Below, in pieces: positions 54,487 to 64,000 of a stretch of 64,000 bases of DNA. The stretch lies in assembly GCF_009914755.1 (NCBI RefSeq), contig NC_060947.1, one strand, 5' to 3'. The notes below the pieces were generated by a model. The model did no database searches, was not told where the DNA came from, and saw only the letters and a list, made by a program, of their open reading frames with translations. Within the stretch, counting starts at the first letter, position 1. The number at the start of each line of letters is the position of its first letter. The position numbers and the translations under genes were made by a program. This stretch comes from the human T2T-CHM13v2.0 reference genome, Homo sapiens.

Positions 54487-56220
54487 ATCAGAAAGTAACA
54501 TAATTCATTAGATTGACAACATAAGTCATTACTAAAATATGAGATACGATTCAGCATTATCTTCTCATAAAATGTAAATATACATAAACCTCTTGAAGCA
54601 GTAAAGACTAATAATAAAAAACAAAGTGCTCTTATCATAAAAGATGAAATAAAAATTTCAGTTACGTGAATATTGAAAGCATGACAGGAATCCCTGTTGA
54701 GATGATGAGATGATTACAATTTGACATTATTTTTGGGATTATAAAGTGAATGCAGTAATAAGTTCAAGTAAGCAAGGATTGTTATAAATATTGACAAATG
54801 AGAGGGGAATTTCTTTTTCAATAGTGATAGGATTATTTGCCAAGCACTACCCACCCACCTAAAGGACTCTTTTATTGAGTGCCTACTTTAGATAAAAAAC
54901 ACAATTTTTCTATTTAGGTAAAACGATGTTCATGTTTATGTGCCTAGCAGGATGGTCACCATCATGATGCTGATGCTTGTTTTTTGATGGTAAATTTTTT
55001 CAGGTAAATTTTTATTCTTAATTGTATTTTTGGTAATGTTGGCTTTTTCAATAATTAGTGTGTATTACTAATATAGCCATAAAAGAAAATATATTCTCAT
55101 TGGTGGAAAACATAAGCTTTCATGATTATTAGAGCAAGTTTAAAAATACAAGGATGTATAAAGTAGGTAATTGTATCACTAACCATTCTAATCCCACACA
55201 CATATTGCAACCAATGTTAACAGTTTTCTTTACAGTCATGGAAGAATTTTCAAATATATGAACACATAGGTATGCTTTTTCTGTTTGTCTCCTGTTTTGT
55301 TTTGGTTTTATAAGTACACTCTACACACTATTCTTCAAACATTTTTAAATTTAATAAAGCTTCTCACTCCATGTCTCAATACATATAGCACTGATACGTT
55401 CTCTTTTATAAGTCATCAATATTTCATATCATGTATAAATAGTCTATCCAACCACTGATCTATGTACAAAATATGTTTTATTTCTATGTTTAACTACTGC
55501 AAAGTCACAATAAGTATTTTCTATATTTCATTACAAAAGGTAAGGAAACATCTTTTTGACCTAGTCCTATAAAAGTAGTTCTTAAGATACAGCCACCAAA
55601 CACAAAGTAGAGTATTATAAATGTGATTCCACTAAAATAGAGAAGTTCTAGTCATCACATAAATCTCATAAAAAGAGTGAAAATGCTAGCCACAAACTTT
55701 AAAAAAAATTCTTACCAAATATATGTGACAAAGTGTTAGTATTCTAAAGATACATATATATATATATATATATATATATGAACTTACATAAAACAGTAAG
55801 AAAAAGATAAGCCAAAAGGAGAACTGACCAAAAACATGAAAGATATTTTATTGAAAAGATCAATGACTGTACGGAAACAACTCTTATTAATCATCAGGGG
55901 AAAGGAAATAATGGCAACATTTATATATTATTTGATCATCTACTAAATGGGCAAAAGGTAAACAATATCTGACAACACCAAGTATTGCTGAGGAAATTTA
56001 AAATGAGTAAAGTCAAATATGTTAGAAGTTTATAGAGAATATGAGTACATAGCTAGTGCTCATAACAGTCCACACAGATACACTCAAGGAAATAGCTTAA
56101 TCTTGCCTTTCATCTTACCATGTGAAGATGAATGTGTTACATACCTCTGACAGCAATTCAGCAGTATCTTCCCTAGGGAGATGAGACAGATAGATAAATG
56201 GATCGATCTCCATCTTAACT

Positions 56221-56385
56221 CAGTGGTTCTCAAACTTTAGCATGCATCAAAATTACACACAGATTACCAACATCCCTTGAGTCTGATTCAGCAAGTCTGG
56301 GGTGGGGCCTAATTATTTGCATTTTAACAAGTCCCCAAGTGATGCTCATGCTGTTGTTCCACAGACCACACTTTGAGAATCACTG
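56221..56385. mobile_element. MER5A
   Basis: TIRs cagtggttctcaaa ... tttgagaatcactg. Confidence 0.9.
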
Positions 56386-57232
56386 CCCCGAGGGAACTCT
56401 TACACATGTGACTTAGGAGAGGTGCAAAATAATGTTCAAAACAGCTTTGTTTTGCAATAGAAAAAAATCTGGAAGCTCAACTTTCCAACAGGAGAATCTA
56501 TTGATAAATTGTGGATTTGTACAATGAAATATAAATTCAGCAGTAAAAATGACTTACCTGCAGCTATACGCAAGAATATGAATGGATCTTAAAAGATAAT
56601 GTTTAGTAGAAACAAAAGGAAGACTCAGAGTGCATGTATAAAATGACATTTTCATACAAGGAAAACTAATTATTGTTCATAGATACCAATGTGATAAAAC
56701 TTCAAAAATGATGTTGAGTGAATGATGAAACTGATTTACTCTAGTAGTGGGAGTCAGTGTGATAGAGTGGTCAAAGGTGCTCATTTAATTTTTATGCACC
56801 ATAAAACATACATACTTTACTTATATTAATATTATTCTGTGTATTTCAAATAGCACATCATAAATCATTGAATAAAAGAAAAAAAGACATACTTAGCAAA
56901 AACTAAAATACAACCAAAAGAAAGCAAGTGTGGCAATAATGTAAGACCATAGCTTAAGGGAAAATACATTAACTGAGGACAAAAAGGGTATTTACATTTG
57001 TAGAATTTAAAATCCAATGAAGCAATAACAATTGTGAACCTTTATACATATAAAATAAATTTAAAATGAGTAAAGTCAAATATGTTAGAAGTTTACAGAG
57101 AATATGCCAATCTATAATGAGAGGAAGAGAATAAATTACCTCTCATAATATACAAAAAGGAAAGATATTAATAATTCATGTAACATGATGAAAATATTTG
57201 GTTTTACATAACCTTCCCCCAAAATTTACTCA

Positions 57233-57670
<438 letters not shown>

Positions 57671-58059
57671 TTATTAAGAACAACGTAATAGACATTATAG
57701 CAAAATGAGATTGAAAAAAAAACATCCATGGCTTTGGTCATTTGTAAGAACACCGGTAGTGAAGAGTTCTTACATTTTTCTTCACAGCCAGCTTTCCTCT
57801 GGTGGGCTGCTTAATAGGGTCCCCTATGATCCTCAGAAATCCCATGACCCATCAAACTTTCTAGAATTTTCTAAGTTGAATGTAGACACAAAGGGACAGA
57901 GGTGGTGGAAGCAAGGTTTCTGTGGGTAAAACTTTAAGCAGGTCCTTGTAAAAAATATGTATCCTTAAATCATATCTAAGACTCATTGATTCAGAATCCA
58001 CAGGAGAGATTTTTAGGAAATATCATAAGATAATGAATTCCTGTTACTCATATCTCCAG

Positions 58060-58820
58060 AGCTGCTCTAGACATTGTCTTTTCTAAGGCTTGTTTGTTCT
58101 AGTCTTCTTCCAAGTATTTGAGCTATTCCTGATTTCCAGTTAATTCCTTTTGTTCTCTTTAAATTAGCCAGGATTAATGTCTACAGTGTAATATCATACC
58201 TGCAGGAAACAGACCCTCAAGAAAATGTGTCTGAAATAGTTAATTGAGCTATGTTAAGATGAAAGTCAGGAAGATACCCTTTTAAATTCCAGAATGGTAA
58301 ACTGGCAGACTATGTCAGGAATGAGGAAGAACCTACTAAAGTATGATTGAGGTATCCTGGGGCAATGAACCCACAGAATATGAAGCTCTGGAAAGCCAGG
58401 TAATTGCTGCTAAAAGCTAATTTAAATGAGATGGCCCAAGATGATTTTTCCTGACAGAATCAGATAAAGATCAAATCTCAAATTCTTCCCTAAAGGAAAG
58501 TAATAAAACTACTATCTGACCCCTTTGACAGACTTCTTTTTTTGATATTAGAGCTGAGATTGCTGAAAACCAAATTCAAAGATTGATTCAGAGTTTGAAT
58601 TATTATTATTATTCCTGGGACACGTAAGTGACAAAATTATCACTGTGATTTGGAAAAAATAAGATATTAATAATTCCAGTGGTGATACTTTGTTGGATAC
58701 AGAAAATGGGAATAACATCAAAGGGCTCAGAAATTCTCACAAGCATACCTAACTTGCCTAAGGAAGTGGTTCTGTTTCTTGCAAACAAAATCTAATGTCC
58801 CTGAAAGTCTTACATCTGGC
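58060..58820 (+). mobile_element. Old ERVL-class LTR end and gag remnant
   Basis: gagctgagattgctgaaaaccaaattcaaagattgatt resembles ERVL gag; very degenerate. Confidence 0.5.
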
Positions 58821-58824
58821 TATT

Positions 58825-59283
58825 GTTGGGCAAGTATTGAAAGCTGGATTCTTCAGGAAACTGACTTTGATATGGAGCTTAGCGTTCAGGATGTTTGTTA
58901 GCGTTAGAGATGGACTTTTCAATAAATACCGATGGAAGAGAGAGGAAGGAAGCAGGATTGTGTAGAGAGAGAAGTCAAGCTGTGATGCAGGCCCAACCTC
59001 AAGAAACCAAACCCCATGAGGAGTTCTGAAGCTAGAATAGCCATTGAGATTCTCCCAAGTTGTGCCAAGATGACCAAACCATTATACTTCTGCATCAGTC
59101 ATTGAATGTGTGCTAACCTGTGGAGGGGCACGCGACCTTAGGCAATGCAGGTCTCTGCAGCAAAAGAAACCTTCAAGGAGTTGCTTTGGACAGGTGAAGG
59201 GGTTTGCTGAGACTCCCAGTAGCTGTGTCAACAAGTCCTTCCTCAAATGGAGATCTGGAAAGTACATCTATGTTTCCATCATA
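58825..59283 (-). mobile_element. LTR16C-like ERVL LTR
   Basis: gaggaaggaagcaggattgtgtagagagagaagtcaagctgtgatgcaggcccaac...aagtccttcctcaaatggagatctgg. Confidence 0.75.
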
Positions 59284-61330
59284 GTCCACCCCGTGTGCTA
59301 CTTGGATTCACTTTATATACATTCCAGCAAAAGCTTCTTCAGGATTTTTATGGACCTCTCTTCCGGAAGGAAGCTTAGAAGAGGAAGGTTGGTGGGATGA
59401 ACCACAACTCCCACTGCTCTAGCTGGTCTCTGGGTCATTGCTGATACCGTTTTCATTCTTCACTCTCCATTCTAGGTTTCTCTCACATCGACATAGAAAC
59501 TCTGCTGACATTGATGACTTGCCTGGTGGTGTGATACAGATGATCATTCATGAAGGGTCTGAGCCCCTTGCTACTACACCCTGTTCAGGCCTGGATTGCT
59601 GCATGTATTATGACAATGGAAATTGAGTACCAAAGAAACATCCTAGAGGCTTAACTGGGGACCACACATAGTCCTTTTTGTCCCCATGGGATATAAGTCA
59701 CCATATGTCCTCTTGATGATCAGCATCGATTATCCCTGACAGAGTGGTGACTCCTTTTATTACCTTCTGGTTCTTTCACACAAGGAGCCAGGAATGCCAA
59801 GGCAGCAGTCACAGTTTATAATTAAATGTTAATCTTGCTGAGTCCTCTGGCATAAATGTTCTCCATTTGGAACTGAAGACCTCTGAACCTGCAAATTCCA
59901 CAGTTTTAGGGATAAGAATATTTTATAAGTGAGTGTCCGAGTTGATGAGAAGAACTTCTTGGTTCCCAGATTCATCTCTTCTTGCTATAGAAATGCAGCA
60001 TTATATAAATGTCTTTTAATTCAAGGTATAAATGGTCTTGGAGAATGACACGCTAATCTAGTAAGTATCACCTCTGAATTGGTATTTACGTTGTGTCTTT
60101 AAGAAGTTGTTTCAATGCTCCCAGAGACCGGCAGCTTCTGAGGAGTGACCAGTCCTGCTCCTTGTTATAATGTAAATCCTCTGAGACGACACAATGTTGT
60201 ATGGAATCCCATACTGCTGGGTCAAACATTCATAATATTTCAAATTGTGAGGGCTTATGGAATGACCTTGTTGCAGAATTCCTGGGGCCTGAGTTATGAC
60301 TCTTCCTCTGGTTTTTTTTTAAACAAACTCCACTTGGCATCCTTTTGCCAACACTAATATCTCCAATACCATATGGCCTGCCAGATCATATGTCCCCAGG
60401 TGGTAATGTTTCAGGTAGACAGGTATGAGCTAGCCAGGAGAAGGTTCTCCCTGCACCACCAGAAATGTCAGGCAATCATCAGGTGATGGTTTGGCAGTTA
60501 TATTGCCTCTCAAAAAATGGTAATTTGGCAGCTGGCACCAGGGAGAGACAATCTCCTGATGGTCCACAGCTGTCACACTAAAGTGTTAATTGAATGCAGG
60601 TGCCAAGGGGAGGCAACTTCTTAAACAGATAAAAACACTTGAGATTGGTAAGCAGCTTCCAATAAAATCTCAGGAATTGGGTGAGTGAGCGCAGGCATGC
60701 AAATTAAGAGACAAAATGGCAGAGTATGACCTTCTGGGGGCATTCCACCAGAAAAGGGAAGAAAGCCTCAGATGGGCATGTGTACAACTTTCTAAACACA
60801 CTGAGCATGCTGCATACTGCATATGTGGCCAGCCCTCCCTATGGGAAGAATCATGGGAAAAAGGAACAAGACACTGGGAGTGGGCCAGCCTATAAAGTCC
60901 CAGAATCAAAGTTAAATGCCACACTTATCGTTCAAGTTGCCCACCTGGGTCTCTTCCACGTGTATTTACTTTTCTTTCCTGTTGAAAAGCCTTTTTAAAT
61001 AAACTTCCACTCCTGCTCTGAAACTTTCCTTGGTGTCTTTTTCGGCCTTATGCCGCTCAGTCGAATTTTTTCTTCCGAGCAGGCAGGAATTGAGGTTGCT
61101 GTAGACCCATATGGGTTCGCCCCCATAACTCAAGCCCCTTCTACCCCTAACAGTAGGTGTCCTCACATCACAGCCTGAACCTGATATAGGGCTCTTTCTT
61201 GCTCTGGGCCCTACTCAAAAAGAGCTGTCTTTAAGATCACTTGGTATACGGATGAATCAGTTTTTCCAGGTGCAGAATACAACGCTGAAAGAACCCGAAG
61301 AGATCTATCAGGTACTGTACTTCCTTCTTA
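59284..61330 (-). mobile_element. ERVL internal remnant attached to LTR16 (ERV3-16A3-like)
   Basis: Follows the LTR directly (gtccacccc is the antisense PPT); antisense dUTPase/pol-like remnants. Confidence 0.6.
60407..61152 (+). mobile_element. MER50-family ERV1 solo LTR
   Basis: tgtttcaggtagacagg...aataaacttccactcctgctctgaaac...taaca; 4-bp TSD gtaa/gtag. Confidence 0.85.
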
Positions 61331-61374
61331 GTGGAATGTGAAAGTTGCAGTAATCTGTCTTTTATTTTGGATGG

Positions 61375-61766
61375 TAGATAAATTTGCTGTGGCTGCCATA
61401 ACAAAATACCACAGACTGGGTGGCTTAAAGGATGTAGTTTATTTTTTCACATTTTGTAGACAAGATCAAGATGTCAGTGCATGAGTTTGTTTGTTGGAGG
61501 CCTCTCTCCTTGGTGTGCATATAACCACTGTATACTCACATGATCTTTCCTCTGTGCAAGTGTATCCTTGGTATCTCTCTGTGTGTTCACATTTTCTCTT
61601 CTCATAAGGAAAATCGTCAGATTGTATTAGGGCACACCCGAGGGCCTGATTTTAAATTAATCACCTCCTTACAGGCCCTACCTCCAAATACAGACACATT
61701 TTGAGGTACTAGAGGTTAGGGCTTCAACATACACATTTCGGAAGAATAAAATTTCAGCCCACAGCA
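61375..61766 (-). mobile_element. MLT1A/B MaLR solo LTR
   Basis: ggctgccataacaaaataccacagactgggtggcttaa; perfect TSD gatgg at 61370-61374 and 61767-61771. Confidence 0.9.
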
Positions 61767-62049
61767 GATGGTACATACTGAAATGGCCCTGTACACTGGA
61801 TACCTACATTTTTATTGATGTGTCTAGTGCCTCAAAATTCATAAATCTCCCACTCTCTAGAAAGTATAATAAAATCAAGATTTCTCATACTAGCCATTTC
61901 TTGTTGATTCAATCTGATTTGTATGATGTCATAAATATTCTGTATAAATATCTGCAGGTGCTTATATATGGGTAATGAGCTAAAATTACTTCTTGGAGTC
62001 ATACCATGCAATTTTAATTTATTAATCAAATTGGGGGCAAGTGAGGTCA

Positions 62050-63640
62050 GGTGATATAACAAGTGAAATTCTCAATTGCATATGGTCATATTACACCATA
62101 TAACGAAAAACTTATACTGTATTTTTTTTCCTCCAGTTTGAGATATAGTTAGGATATATTCCCTCAACCAATGGCAGAATTCCATTTGACTCCCTAACTT
62201 GAGCCAAGTAAGGGCTCCCAGTACCTATCAAACAGTTTATTCCCCTAGGAGAACTGTAATTTGCCACTATAAATGACTTGAAAGATTTAAGCCTATTGAT
62301 TCTTATAATAGACCTATTTAATTCTCCTATTTGGCCGATAAATAGTCCAATAGGTCTTGGAGAATGTTACTGGATGTTAGTAAACTTAATCAAATAGAAA
62401 CTCTATAGCTGCAGTTCAAGGTGAGGTCTTCTTACTGTAGCAAATCAAAACTGCTAATGGTACTTGGTGTGAATTTTTTCATCTGGTGGAAGTACTTTTC
62501 TTCTCGCTGATAATCAGAGAACACCCGCAGCAATTAGATTTTACCCAGGTGTATTAGTACACCTTTACCATTTTCCCTCAGGTGTTTGTTAACTTTGTTC
62601 ATGCATAGTTAGAAGGGAACTGAACTGCCTCACCATCTTACAGGATATCCATGTTGGTCTGTTCCATTGATAAGGTATTGCTAAGAGGACCAGCGAAACA
62701 GAAACTATCAGTTTTCCTTGATGCCTTGGAATAACATGCAAACATGTAGAAAAGAAATCTCAGGAAAGTAGAGCAAATTTCCCAGGAACCAACTAATCTG
62801 AAGGCCTGTCAGGGCACCTCTTTCATGGTGAAGGAGAAAGACTTTATGTCCCTACTAATAAATAGAAAAATTCAGGAGTCTCTTTATTCTATGAAGATAA
62901 CATAACATTTTTATTCTGACACATTTTCATGTGAGCCAGAGAAGAGAAATCTCTTCAGCTGCTTCTGTCATATCTTTTGCCCTTGTGATATGACAGATCA
63001 AAAATGATTAAAGTGTCACTAATATATTGGAATGCTTTATGAAGCCTGTGGTAAACTCAGATAGGACAACTTATATTGAAAACCATTAAAGTTTTGGAGT
63101 AAAGCCATAGCACCTGTTAAAAACAACTTTTGAGAAATAATTTCTGAGTTCCTACTGACTGCTGGTATATGTTAAAAAAACAGCATGAAACAGTAAGGAA
63201 ATATGAGATCCAAGTGCTCATGATGAATTGTGTTTATCTGTTACAGCTGAACATAGAGTTCAGCATGTCAGAAAGTATTTTTTCATCACGTGGAAACTGT
63301 AGACCCTAAAGGCACAAATAACTTTTATGAATTTATTTTTTTACATTCAGGAAATGATCTTACTCATACTACAATTATGTCTCCCCATCAATTGACACCG
63401 ATGGTCTTATGAGAAATATTATGACCAGTTGACTGAGAATGAAAAATAAACATTTGAATCTGGTTTGCAGATATTTTATGTAGAATATGCTTCATTATCC
63501 AAAATTAAACTCTACACTGTTACAGCTCCACTCTGAAATGACCCTAAAGGACAATAGAAAATGCAAATCCCAGTGGAAAGAAAGTAGAGCAATCTAATCA
63601 GTAGATCATCCATATTAGAAAAGAATATTCTCAGGCTCTG
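62050..63640 (+). mobile_element. Old ERVL pol remnant
   Basis: aattctcctatttggcc...tcttggagaatg...aaacttaatcaa is homologous to the ERVL RT region at about 50515-50600. Confidence 0.7.
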
Positions 63641-63823
63641 GCACTATTACTTGATGTTCATCTACATATCTCTTTCCCAGCCTCCTTGTCTTTAATCTAC
63701 CAAGATTTTTATCTCCCACGTGCCTGATCATCCAACAAGAGCAATGCACACTACTTTACAGTTGATGTGGAATCCTAATCATAGACTGTCTCTCCTTGAA
63801 GGAAAAGTAAACAGCAAGAAAAC

Positions 63824-64000
63824 TGTATTAGTCCGTTTCCATGTTGCTGATAAAGACATACCCAAGTCTGGGCAATTTACAAAAGAAAGAGGTTTATCGG
63901 ACTTAACGGTTCCACATGGCTGGGGAGGCCTCACAATCATGGCAGAAGGCAAGGAGGAGCAAGTCACATCTTACGTGGTTGGTGGCAGGCAAAAAGAGAG
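63824..64000 (-). mobile_element. THE1B-like LTR, runs off the window
   Basis: tgtattagtccgtttccatgttgctgataaagacataccc...ggcaaggaggagcaagtcacatcttac. Confidence 0.92.

Overview
This is AT-rich, CpG-poor primate DNA, not microbial. AluY, MER9 and MER11 point to a catarrhine, consistent with human. It is mostly interspersed repeats: L1 of many ages, 8 Alus, MIR/L2, ERVL/MaLR/ERV1/ERVK LTR elements, and hAT and Tigger DNA transposons, often nested with recognisable target-site duplications (TSDs). No intact protein-coding gene, RNA gene or CRISPR array is supported; the provided ORFs are mostly Alu, L1 or ERV remnants or chance frames. The main non-repeat signal is a unique island at about 5.8-7.6 kb. 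It has a minus-strand promoter-like region, a canonical 119-nt intron (6657->6539) and overlapping plus-strand exon candidates. I cannot name a gene for it. Other notable structures are a mosaic of class I ERV pol/env joined to an antisense MER11, two candidate ancient L1 3' transductions, a recent 50-bp templated insertion and a four-level transposon nest. Repeat subfamily names come from memory of consensus sequences, not a RepeatMasker run. Boundaries without TSDs are approximate.
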